NCBI GenBank assembly: GCA_965220745.1
Contig: CBDCQT010000010.1
Coordinates: forward strand, 352,001-416,000
From: Alphaproteobacteria bacterium
GTDB lineage: Bacteria; Pseudomonadota; Alphaproteobacteria; UBA828
Direction of reading: 5' to 3'
Length of the DNA stretch: 64,000 nucleotides
Position 1 is the first letter of the stretch, and each line of letters begins with the position of its first letter. Positions 49,676 through 58,033 of the stretch are shown here, piece after piece. The notes under the pieces were generated by a model that was given only the letters and a program-made list of their open reading frames with translations, was not told the DNA's origin and ran no database searches. The translations under genes were made by a program, and so were the position numbers.

Positions 49676-49745
49676 AAGTAAGGAAGTGGTCTCGCGACCG
49701 CGCGCCGCGCCCGGCAACCCGCGAGGAGTCCGACCATGATCGGGA

Positions 49746-49854
49746 CCGGGCTGCGCAGCAGCCCGGACGGCGCGACAGCGCCGCGCGCGTAGCGCGTAGG
49801 CAAGCGAGTGGAACGAGCGCCCGCCGCCTGAGGGAAATGAAAAAGTTCGCGCCC
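49746..49854 (+). repeat. Repeat family A, copy 3
   Basis: CCGGGCTGCGCAGCAGCCCGG...GAGGGAAATGAAAAAGTTCGCGCCC. Confidence 0.85.
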
Positions 49855-49883
49855 GGCGCCCGAGGGAAACGAATAAGCAGTTC

Positions 49884-50891
49884 TTACTCGGTTGTCGTGT
49901 GGATCGGCGCTTCCGGGTGGAAAGCGTGGAAGGCGAAGGCGAAGGCGATGTCGTAGGGCACGTCCTCCAGGCCGCCATCGCCGCCCGCGCGCTGCACGAC
50001 CACGTTGCCGACGTCCTTGCCCTTCGCGATCCTGCGGCTGTCGAGCGCGGAGTTCTGGCCCGACTCCCAGGTGATGACCAGATCGCCCTGCTCGTAGCGG
50101 CCGGCTTCGCGGATGAGCTCGAGGCTCCAGGCCTCGCCTTCCACCACGACGACGCGGGCGAGTGGCTCGATCCCCTTCGGCAGGTCGCCGTTGTAGAGGA
50201 AGGGACGCGAAGAGGAATCGTAGCTGGCGTAGGGGTTCATGCCATAGGCGCGGGCGCCTGCGCGGCTCGGCACGAGGACCTTGGCCTCGGCGCCTGCGCG
50301 CTCCCTGAAGAGGCCGAAGGATTCGACCCGCGCCGGCAGCCGCTTGAGCGCCGTGCCGGTGTGGACGCCGACGATGCCTTCGCCGGTGAACTGCTGCCAC
50401 CAGCTCTCTGTCTGCCGGTCGTACATCACGAGGTCGGAGTTGCGCAGCTTGCCGGTGGTGCCGAACTCCAGCACCGCATCGCCCACGCGCCGGTCGTACA
50501 CGACGGCCGAGTTGCAGAGCGGGCAGAAGGTGACCGCGATCGGGATGCCGCCCACCGTGTCGTTGACGATCTCGTGCCAAATGAGGATTTGCAGCGGGTA
50601 GGCGCGCTGATCGTCGCCGACGAAGAAGCTCATGACGGGCTCGGTGTCCGCCAGGTCCTCGATCTCGCCGGCGGGCGCGAAGACCGGGTCGTCGATCGAA
50701 GGGATGCCGTCCTTGGGCGGCCCGCCGGACATGATCTCGTCGAACGAGACCGACGCTTGCGAGAAGTCCGTCGCCCCCCACTCGAACAGCCAGCCCGACG
50801 GCGCCTCTCGCGCCATGGCGGGACTGAGCGAGAGCGCTGCGACGAGCGCGAGAGCGGGAAGGGTCAGCGCCGAGAGAGCAAGGGTGCGCAT
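49884..50891 (-). CDS. Secreted DUF3179-family protein with a CxxC motif
   Basis: Signal peptide; GGPPKDGIPSID, RAYP, WHEIVND, TFCPLCNS, MYDRQTESWWQQ, FAFHAFHP. Confidence 0.85.
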   Translation of the reverse strand: MRTLALSALTLPALALVAALSLSPAMAREAPSGWLFEWGATDFSQASVSFDEIMSGGPPKDGIPSIDDPVFAPAGEIEDLADTEPVMSFFVGDDQRAYPLQILIWHEIVNDTVGGIPIAVTFCPLCNSAVVYDRRVGDAVLEFGTTGKLRNSDLVMYDRQTESWWQQFTGEGIVGVHTGTALKRLPARVESFGLFRERAGAEAKVLVPSRAGARAYGMNPYASYDSSSRPFLYNGDLPKGIEPLARVVVVEGEAWSLELIREAGRYEQGDLVITWESGQNSALDSRRIAKGKDVGNVVVQRAGGDGGLEDVPYDIAFAFAFHAFHPEAPIHTTTE

Positions 50892-51025
50892 TGAGCAATC
50901 CTCCGTCCTGTGACGGGTGGAATGTCGGGCCTGCCGGAGCCTCGCGCCAATCGCTTTGCTTCAACTTGTCGTGACGAGCCCCGCACCGGGGCTAGGAACT
51001 GGAGAAATGTATATAACTTATTATG

Positions 51026-51038
51026 AATCAAGTGGTTA
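51026..51038. promoter_or_regulatory. IHF consensus site within an AT-rich patch
   Basis: AATCAAGTGGTTA matches WATCAANNNNTTR, with an A/T tract on its 5' side. Confidence 0.5.
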
Positions 51039-51095
51039 CGTGAAATTGGGTTCGTTTTGTAAAATCGTGTTTCGCGGTCGGTTCTTCTCCCCCGG

Positions 51096-51896
51096 CTAAG
51101 CGGCGGCGGCCATCGCCCGCTGGGCCATGACGCCCACCAGATGCGCGCGGTACTCGGCGCTCGCGTGGATGTCGGAGTTGAGACCTTCGTCGGAGAGCGC
51201 CGGCAGCGTCGCCTCGGGGTCCAGCCCGCCGCTCAGCGCGGCCTCCATGGCGGAGGCGCGGAAGACGCAGGGGCCGGCGCCGGTCACCGCGATGCGAACG
51301 CCCGACGCCGTCTCCGCCGCCATGACGCCGACGATGGCGTAGCGCGACGCGGGGTTCGGGAACTTGGCATAGCCGGCCTTCACGGGGCGGGGGAAGCGGA
51401 CGGCGGTCACGAGCTCGCCCTCCTCCAGCGCGGTCTCGAACAGCCCGGTGAAGAAGTCGTCCGCCGCAATGGTGCGGCGCTCGGTCACCACGGTAGCGCC
51501 GAGCCCGACCAGGGCGGCCGGATAGTCCGCCGCCGGGTCGTTGTTGGCGATGGAGCCGCCGATGGTGCCCTTGTTGCGCACCTGCGGGTCGCCGATCTTG
51601 CCGGCGAGGGCGGCGAGCGCCGGGATCGCGCCCTGCACCTCGGCGGAGGCCGCGACGGTCGCATGGGGCGTGAGCGCGCCGATCTCTACGGCCTCGCCGT
51701 CCACGGAGATGCCGATCAGCTCCGTCAGCCCCGCGAGGTCGATCAGATCGGAGGGTGCGGCCAGGCGCTGCTTCATCGTCGGCAGCAGCGTGTGGCCGCC
51801 CGAAAGGTAGGCGCCGTCGTCCGCGCCGTTGAAGCCTGCGACCGCGTCTTCCACCGATGTCGCACGACGGTAGTTGAATGCATGCATGACGCTCAC
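51096..51896 (-). CDS. CoxM-like FAD-binding subunit (xanthine/CO dehydrogenase family), isolated
   Basis: GGHTLLPTMKQRLA, IGDPQVRNKGTIGGS, NNDPAADYP, SAEYRAHL. Confidence 0.85.
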   Translation of the reverse strand: MSVMHAFNYRRATSVEDAVAGFNGADDGAYLSGGHTLLPTMKQRLAAPSDLIDLAGLTELIGISVDGEAVEIGALTPHATVAASAEVQGAIPALAALAGKIGDPQVRNKGTIGGSIANNDPAADYPAALVGLGATVVTERRTIAADDFFTGLFETALEEGELVTAVRFPRPVKAGYAKFPNPASRYAIVGVMAAETASGVRIAVTGAGPCVFRASAMEAALSGGLDPEATLPALSDEGLNSDIHASAEYRAHLVGVMAQRAMAAAA

Positions 51897-51934
51897 TCCT
51901 CTCCGCTCAGACTATGGCCTTCGCGCCGAATTGG

Positions 51935-51966
51935 CCAGAGAACCATCGTCCAGAGAACCATCGTCC
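51935..51966. repeat. 15-bp tandem duplication in a divergent intergenic region
   Basis: CCAGAGAACCATCGT twice, followed by CC. Confidence 0.8.
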
Positions 51967-52036
51967 GGAGGCTGCCGGCCTTTCGGCCGACCGCCGGCGC
52001 CGGCTACGATGGGCCCGTGGGTGAGAGGAGGCGCCG

Positions 52037-52423
52037 GTGGTGATGCTCAGGCGCGCCCAGATCGTCAATCTGGTCGAGCACAGCTACTACAGCAACATCG
52101 ACTTCCGGCACCTCGGCACGGTGCTCGACTGCTTCGCCCACGACGCGGTGCTCTCGGTGGACGGCCGGAGCCACCGCGGCCGGGACGGCGAGATCAAGCA
52201 GTATCTCGCCCAGATGCTGTCGGACTATCCCTCGATCCGGCACGAGCTGCTGGAGCACGAGGTGGACGAGGCCGGGCAGCGCTCCAGCTGCCGCTTCACC
52301 CTCAGACTCGAAGACGCCGAGGGGCGCGCGCACGAGACCACCGGGCGGGCCGAGTTCCATCTGGGGAACGGCAAGCTCGCGGCCGTCACGGTCGAGAGCG
52401 ACGGCGGCGCCACCGCGATCTAG
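52037..52423 (+). CDS. SnoaL-like / NTF2-fold protein
   Basis: 128 aa, FAHDAVL, GRDGEIKQY, beta-rich C-terminus; GAGGAGG RBS. Confidence 0.65.
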   Translation: MVMLRRAQIVNLVEHSYYSNIDFRHLGTVLDCFAHDAVLSVDGRSHRGRDGEIKQYLAQMLSDYPSIRHELLEHEVDEAGQRSSCRFTLRLEDAEGRAHETTGRAEFHLGNGKLAAVTVESDGGATAI

Positions 52424-52472
52424 TTCGCAGGTGGAGCTTGCCAGGCTCCGAACTGCCGCTCGCTTTTCATCT

Positions 52473-52676
52473 CCATCTCCCCCTGTCCCCCTCCCGACTC
52501 ATTCATTTCCCTCAACGGCGGGCGCTCGCTCCGCTCGCTTGCCTACGCGCTCACGCGCGCGGCGCAGTCGCGCCGTCCGGGCCTGCGGCCCGGCAGGGCG
52601 GAGGGGGGACGTAGACGGCGCCGCCCGTTCTCCCTCTCCTCCCCGCCGGGGAGGAGAGGGCCGGGGTGAGGTGGGG
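52473..52676. repeat. Repeat family B (paired CCCTC/GAGGG hairpins) with family A copy 4 (52502-52593, inverted) in its first loop
   Basis: The flanks match the reverse complement of 57861-57968 once the A element is removed. Confidence 0.8.
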
Positions 52677-52787
52677 CCGACGGGTGCGATTGCGTTGCCG
52701 CCGCCAATGCGGTCAAGATGCGCACGGCGGGCGTCAGCGGCGTGCCTAACGGCGGCGGACGACCGGCTCGACGAGGCGGGGTGCGGC

Positions 52788-53432
52788 ATGGCTTCGGACA
52801 TCGACATCTACAAGACCCAGAATTTTGGGAACCGGCTCGGCTTCGGCGAGAAGGCGGCGCTGCTGATCGTCGACTTCGTCAACGGCTTCACCGACCCGGC
52901 GAAGTTCGGCGGCGGCAACATTCAGGAGGCGATCGACGCGACGGTGGGCCTGCTCGCCTTCTGCCGCGAGCGCGGCGTGCCGGTCGCGCACACCCGCGTC
53001 ATCTTCGCCGACGACGCGGCGGACGCGAACATCATGTGCATGAAGGTGCCCTCGCTCACGGGGCTGACCGAGGACGCGCCGGACAGCCAGATCGTCGATG
53101 CGCTGGCGCCGGCGCCGGGCGAGATCGTGATCCGTAAGCGCGTGCCGTCGGCCTTCTTCGGCACCGACCTCGCGCCGGCCTTCGCCAAGATGCGCGTGGA
53201 CACGGTGATGGTGGCGGGCTGCACCACCTCGGGCTGCGTGCGCGCGAGCGTGCTGGATGCCATGTGCCACGGCTTCCGCCCGGTGGTGATCAGCGATTGC
53301 GTGGGCGATCGCGCGCTCGGGCCCCATGAGGCGAACCTCTTCGACATGGGCCAGAAGTACGCCGACATCATCACGAGCGCCGAAGCCATCCCCGCGCTCT
53401 CCGGCGCGGTCGCGGCCGAAGCCGCCGAGTAG
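52788..53432 (+). CDS. Isochorismatase-family amidohydrolase (maleamate / N-carbamoylsarcosine amidase-like)
   Basis: ALLIVDF, K..PSAFFGT, GCTTSGCVRAS, DCVGDR, KYAD. Confidence 0.85.
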   Translation: MASDIDIYKTQNFGNRLGFGEKAALLIVDFVNGFTDPAKFGGGNIQEAIDATVGLLAFCRERGVPVAHTRVIFADDAADANIMCMKVPSLTGLTEDAPDSQIVDALAPAPGEIVIRKRVPSAFFGTDLAPAFAKMRVDTVMVAGCTTSGCVRASVLDAMCHGFRPVVISDCVGDRALGPHEANLFDMGQKYADIITSAEAIPALSGAVAAEAAE

Positions 53433-53441
53433 GGACCCGCC

Positions 53442-54470
53442 GTGAAGGCGGTCGTCATCCGCGCCCACGGCGGCGTCGAGACCCTGCTCTACGAGGAGGC
53501 CGAGACGCCCGAGCCAGGGCCGGGCGAGGTTCTGGTGCGCATCCGCGCGAGCGGGATCAACCACCTGGACCACGACGTGCGCGAAGGCATCTCCGGCATC
53601 CCGGTGACGCTGCCGCACGTGCCCGGCTGCGAAGGCGTGGGCGAAATCGCGGCCCTCGGGCCCGGCGTGGACGGCCCGGCGATAGGCACCCGCGTCGCCA
53701 TCGACTTCGCCCAGGGCGACCCGCTCTCCGAGCCCTGGCTGAGCGGGCTCGACGGCGTCGACTTCACCCACGGCCGCATCGGCGCGGGCCAGTGGGGGAC
53801 CCACGCGGAGTATTGCGTCTCCCACGCGCTCTCGGTGATCCCGCTGCCGGACGGCCTCTCCTTCGAGACCGCCGCCGCCGGCATGATCGGGCTCGGCACC
53901 GCCTGGCACATGACCGTCGCTCTCGGCCGCGTGCAGGCGGGGCAGACGGTGCTGGTCAACGCGGCCGGCAGCGTGGTCGGCTCGTCGGCGATCCAGGTCG
54001 CGCTGCTGCACGGCGCGCGGGTGATCGCCACGGCCGGTTCCGCCGCCAAGCTGGAGAAGGCGCGCGCGCTCGGCGCGGCCGAGACCATCGACTACACGCG
54101 CCAGAGCATTCGCGACGAGGCGCTCAGGCTCACCGATGGGCGCGGCGTCGATCTCGTGATCGAGAGCGTGGGCGGCGACGTGCTGCGCCAGAGCATCGAC
54201 GCGGTCTGCTTCAACGGCCGCCTCGTCACCTGCGGCGCGCATGCGGGCGAGGAAGTGCCGCTCAACGTGATCGAGTTGTTCCGCAAGCACATGACGATCC
54301 ACGGCAGCCATTTTTGCGGCCGCCGCGAGCTTGCGCGCGTTTTCGCGCTGATGGCGGAAGGCCGGCTCAAGCCGGTGATCGATACCGTCTACCCGCTCGC
54401 CGAGATCCAGACGGCAGCGCTGCGCACGGCCGAACGCGATGTCTTCGGCAAGATGGTGCTGGTGCCGTGA
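53442..54470 (+). CDS. MDR-family quinone oxidoreductase / zinc-binding dehydrogenase
   Basis: GINHLD, PHVPGCEG.G, VLVNAAGS.VG, FGKMVL. Confidence 0.85.
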   Translation: MKAVVIRAHGGVETLLYEEAETPEPGPGEVLVRIRASGINHLDHDVREGISGIPVTLPHVPGCEGVGEIAALGPGVDGPAIGTRVAIDFAQGDPLSEPWLSGLDGVDFTHGRIGAGQWGTHAEYCVSHALSVIPLPDGLSFETAAAGMIGLGTAWHMTVALGRVQAGQTVLVNAAGSVVGSSAIQVALLHGARVIATAGSAAKLEKARALGAAETIDYTRQSIRDEALRLTDGRGVDLVIESVGGDVLRQSIDAVCFNGRLVTCGAHAGEEVPLNVIELFRKHMTIHGSHFCGRRELARVFALMAEGRLKPVIDTVYPLAEIQTAALRTAERDVFGKMVLVP

Positions 54471-54473
54471 AGT

Positions 54474-55886
54474 TTACTTCGCCTTCCCCGCCTGGCCGCG
54501 TTTGAGGAACTGCCCGCCGCCCTCGCGGCCGAGCCATTCCCGGCCGTCGACGATCAGCTCGCCGCGCAGGAACACCTTGCTCACCCGGCCGGTGACCTCG
54601 CGGCCCTCGAAGAGGGAGTACTCGACCCGGCTGTGATGCTCGGCGGCGCGGATAGTCCATTGCTCGTTCGGGTCGAACAGCACGATGTCGGCGTCGGAGC
54701 CCACCGCGATCGTGCCCTTGCGCGGGAAGAGTCCGAAGAGCTTCGCCGGCGCGGTCGCGGTCAGCTCCACATAGCGGTTGAGCGACATCTCGTTGCGCCG
54801 CACGCCACCGTCGTAGACCAGCGGCATGCGGGTCTCGAGGCCGGGCGCGCCGTTGGGGATCTTGCTGAAGTCGTCGCGGCCGAGCTCCTTGGAGAGCCGC
54901 AGCCCCAGCACGTTCTCGCTGAAGCAGAACGGGCAGTGGTCGGTGGCGATGACTTGCAGGTCGTCGGTCTTGAGCCCGCGCCAGAGCGCGTGCTGATGCG
55001 CGGCGCCCCGGAGCGGCGGCGTCATCACGAACTTGGCGGCCTCGAAGCCCGGCCGCTCGTATTCCTCGTCGGTGAGGAAGAGATAGTGCGGGCAGGTTTC
55101 GGCATGGACCGGGAGCCCGCGATCGCGCGCCTCCGTCACCGCGTCCAGCGCCTCGCCCGCCGAGAGGTGCACGATATAGACCGGCGCCTCGGCAAGCTCG
55201 GCGATGCGGATGACCCGGTGGGTGGCCTCGCCCTCCATCAGCGTCGGGCGGGTCAGCATGTGCCACTTGGGGCTGGTGTTGCCGGCGTCGAGCGCCTCCT
55301 GCACCAGCACGTCGATGACGTGGCCGTTCTCGGCGTGAATCTGCACCATGCCGCCGTGAGCGCCGACCTGGCGCATGGTCTTGAAGATCTGGCCGTCGTC
55401 GATCATCAGCACGTCGGGATAGGCGGTGAAGAGCTTGAAGGTGCTGACGCCTTCGTCGTGGATCAGGCTCTTCATGTCGACCAGCGTCTGGTCGTTCACC
55501 TCGGTGATGATCATGTGCGCGCCCATATCGACGGCAGCGACCGAGGCGCGCTCGTGCCAGTCGGCAAGGCCGGCCAGCGGGCTGGTCCCCTTCACCTGGG
55601 CGGCGAAGTCCACGACCGTGGTGGTGCCGCCGAAGGCCGCCGCCTGGGAGCCGGTGTAGAAGGTGTCCGCCGTCCGCGCCGGCCCGAAATCCCAGTCGAG
55701 GTGCGTGTGCACGTCGACGCCGCCGGGCAGCACGAGCAGCCCTGCCGCATCGTGCTCCGGAATCCCGTCGCCGACGGGCAAGTCCGTGCCGATCATGCGG
55801 ACCCGACCGTCCTCCATCAGGATGTCGGCCGTGTAGTCGTCCACCGCGGTCACGATCCGCCCGTTCCGAATCACGGTCGCTGTCAT
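54474..55886 (-). CDS. hydA: Dihydropyrimidinase / D-hydantoinase
   Basis: PGGVDVHTHL, GGTTT, FKLFTAY, HAENG, ETCPHYL, TDHCPF, KIPNG.PG.E. Confidence 0.92.
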   Translation of the reverse strand: MTATVIRNGRIVTAVDDYTADILMEDGRVRMIGTDLPVGDGIPEHDAAGLLVLPGGVDVHTHLDWDFGPARTADTFYTGSQAAAFGGTTTVVDFAAQVKGTSPLAGLADWHERASVAAVDMGAHMIITEVNDQTLVDMKSLIHDEGVSTFKLFTAYPDVLMIDDGQIFKTMRQVGAHGGMVQIHAENGHVIDVLVQEALDAGNTSPKWHMLTRPTLMEGEATHRVIRIAELAEAPVYIVHLSAGEALDAVTEARDRGLPVHAETCPHYLFLTDEEYERPGFEAAKFVMTPPLRGAAHQHALWRGLKTDDLQVIATDHCPFCFSENVLGLRLSKELGRDDFSKIPNGAPGLETRMPLVYDGGVRRNEMSLNRYVELTATAPAKLFGLFPRKGTIAVGSDADIVLFDPNEQWTIRAAEHHSRVEYSLFEGREVTGRVSKVFLRGELIVDGREWLGREGGGQFLKRGQAGKAK

Positions 55887-56034
55887 CGTCGCCTCCCTGG
55901 AGGGTCGAGAGCCCTCATCCCTTGCGCTTATCATGCCGCGCCGGCCGGCACCCGTCCACGGCTTGCCGGGGCTGCCCCTGCGATCGCACCGGCACCGATA
56001 TAGCGATTTGGCTGGAGGCCCGGTGGGGCATCAA

Positions 56035-56050
56035 TTAACATCGACTTAAC
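56035..56050. promoter_or_regulatory. CtrA consensus box TTAA-N7-TTAAC
   Basis: TTAA CATCGAC TTAAC in the divergent hydA/SBP intergenic region. Confidence 0.5.
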
Positions 56051-56191
56051 TCGGTGCACCCTGAGGGGCTGGTCAGGGTCTTGGGCGCCACACTCCTGCC
56101 CTGGGAAGCAACCCTGGCCGGGCCATCGGGATGGCCGAATAGCCGGGGGACAGCGCGCGTCGGCATCGACGCGGAACAGGGGAAACCAGCC

Positions 56192-57778
56192 ATGACGATC
56201 GAGCAACAACTGAAGAATATGGCCATGAAGAGCGGCATGACCCGCCGCGGCTTCATGCAGCGGGCACTGGCGCTCGGCGCCACGACGGCCCTCGCCACGA
56301 CCCTCGCCGACCGGGCCTTTGCCGCCGCAGAGCCGAAGAAGGGGGGCCGCTTCCGCTGCGGGCTTGGACACGGGGCGACCTCGGATTCACTGGATCCGGC
56401 GACCTTCCTCGACCTCTACATGCAGACCGTGAACGCCAGCGCGCGGAACAACCTGACCGAGGTGGCCCAGGACGGCAGCCTGATCCCCGAGCTGGCCGAG
56501 AGTTACGACTCCGCCGACGCCACGACGTGGAAGTTCAACCTGCGCCAGGGAGTCGAGTTCCACAACGGCAAGACGATGGACGCGAACGACGTCATGGCGT
56601 CCATCAGCCACCATCGCGGCGAGGAATCGAAGTCGTCCGCCAAGGAGCTGCTCAAGTCCGTCGTCGAGATGAAGTCGGACGGCGCGAACGCGGTGGTCTT
56701 CACGCTCAGCGAGGGCAACGCCGACTTCCCGTTCATCCTGAGCGACTACCACATTCCGATCATGCCGGCGTCCGACAACGGGGTGGATTGGCAATCCGGC
56801 ATCGGCACGGGCGCTTATGTGCTTGAGAGCTTCGAGCCCGGTGTGCGCACGACGCTGAAGCGCAACCCCAACTTCTTCAAGGAAGGGTTCGGACATTTCG
56901 ACGAAGTGGAGATCATCACCATCGCGGACGTGGCAGCGCGCACCAATGCGCTCACCACCGGCGAGATCGACGCCATGGACCGGGTCGATCTCAAGACCGC
57001 GCACCTGCTGGAACGCCAGGAGGGAGTGAGGCTGGTCGAGACCAGCGGCACGCAGCACTTTACCTTCACCATGCGCTGCGACACGCCGCCGTTCGACAAC
57101 GTCGATGTCCGGCTCGCGCTGAAACACGCGATCGACCGCGAAGCCATCGTCAGGACGATCCTGCGCGGTCACGGCACGCTCGGCAACGACCACCCGATCA
57201 GCCGCTCCAATCGCTATCACGCGGACAACCTGGAGCAGCGGGCATACGATCCGGACAAGGCCAGGCACCACCTCAAGCAGGCGGGCATGGAGGGCCTTTC
57301 GATCGACCTCAGCGCTGCGGACGCTGCGTTTGCGGGCGCGGTCGACGCGGCAGTGCTCTACAAGGAGCATGCGGCCGCGGCCGGCATCAACATCAACGTG
57401 GTGCGCGAACCGGATGACGGATACTGGTCCAACGTCTGGATGGTGAAGCCCTACTGCGCCGTCTACTGGGGCGGTCGCCCGACCGAAGACTGGATGTTCT
57501 CGGTCGCCTATGCGGCGGATGCGGCGTGGAACGACAGCTTCTGGAAGCACGACAAGTTCAACCAGTTGCTGATCGCAGCCCGGTCCGAGCTGGACGAGGC
57601 GAAGCGGCGGAGCATGTACGAGGAGATGCAGACGATCGTGAGCAACGACGGCGGCGTCCTTATCCCCATGTTCGCCAACTACGTCATGGGGCTCTCCGAC
57701 AAGATCGGGCACGGCCAGATGGCGGCGAACTGGTCGATGGACGGCTTCAAGTGCGCTGAGCGCTGGTGGTTCGCCTAG
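56192..57778 (+). CDS. ABC substrate-binding protein, family 5 (Tat-exported)
   Basis: MTRRGFM signal, LRQGVEFHNGK, GTGAY, VRLALKHAIDR. Confidence 0.9.
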   Translation: MTIEQQLKNMAMKSGMTRRGFMQRALALGATTALATTLADRAFAAAEPKKGGRFRCGLGHGATSDSLDPATFLDLYMQTVNASARNNLTEVAQDGSLIPELAESYDSADATTWKFNLRQGVEFHNGKTMDANDVMASISHHRGEESKSSAKELLKSVVEMKSDGANAVVFTLSEGNADFPFILSDYHIPIMPASDNGVDWQSGIGTGAYVLESFEPGVRTTLKRNPNFFKEGFGHFDEVEIITIADVAARTNALTTGEIDAMDRVDLKTAHLLERQEGVRLVETSGTQHFTFTMRCDTPPFDNVDVRLALKHAIDREAIVRTILRGHGTLGNDHPISRSNRYHADNLEQRAYDPDKARHHLKQAGMEGLSIDLSAADAAFAGAVDAAVLYKEHAAAAGININVVREPDDGYWSNVWMVKPYCAVYWGGRPTEDWMFSVAYAADAAWNDSFWKHDKFNQLLIAARSELDEAKRRSMYEEMQTIVSNDGGVLIPMFANYVMGLSDKIGHGQMAANWSMDGFKCAERWWFA

Positions 57779-57860
57779 GTTAGTGGGCTATCCGACCGGA
57801 CGGGATCGCATCCGGCTGGTGAACGGTGCCCCATTTCGCATGCGGTGCGGCGCGGAGCAC

Positions 57861-57968
57861 CCCCACCTCACCCCGGCCCTCTCCGCCCCCAGGGGCGGAG
57901 AGGGAGAGCGGGCCGGCGCGGCCACGTTCCCCCTCCGCCTTTGGGGGAGGGGGACAGGGGGAGGTGGG
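57861..57968. repeat. Repeat family B, uninterrupted copy
   Basis: CCCCACCTCACCCCGGCCCTCTCCGCCCCCAGGGGCGGAGAGGG...CCCCCTCCGCCTTTGGGGGAGGGGGACAGGGGGAGGTGGG. Confidence 0.8.
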
Positions 57969-58033
57969 CGCCACTCGAGTCAGGGTGATCCGGTGTGGTC
58001 GGATAATGCACTAGCCGGCCGCCCTATGGCGGC

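Noticed and set aside
47132-49700. Possible Mu-like prophage
   Set aside because: Only one phage-like gene; no MuA/MuB, terminase, portal or structural genes
49884-50891. Possible selenoprotein (DUF3179)
   Set aside because: The ORF is uninterrupted with CPLC; no in-frame TGA read-through is needed
46924-52676. Repeats considered as a possible CRISPR array
   Set aside because: Copies are dispersed, about 105 bp, in mixed orientation, without regular spacers or cas genes
52431-52787. Long N-terminal extension of the isochorismatase-family ORF
   Set aside because: It is read-through of the A/B repeat DNA; the family-like sequence begins at ATG 52788
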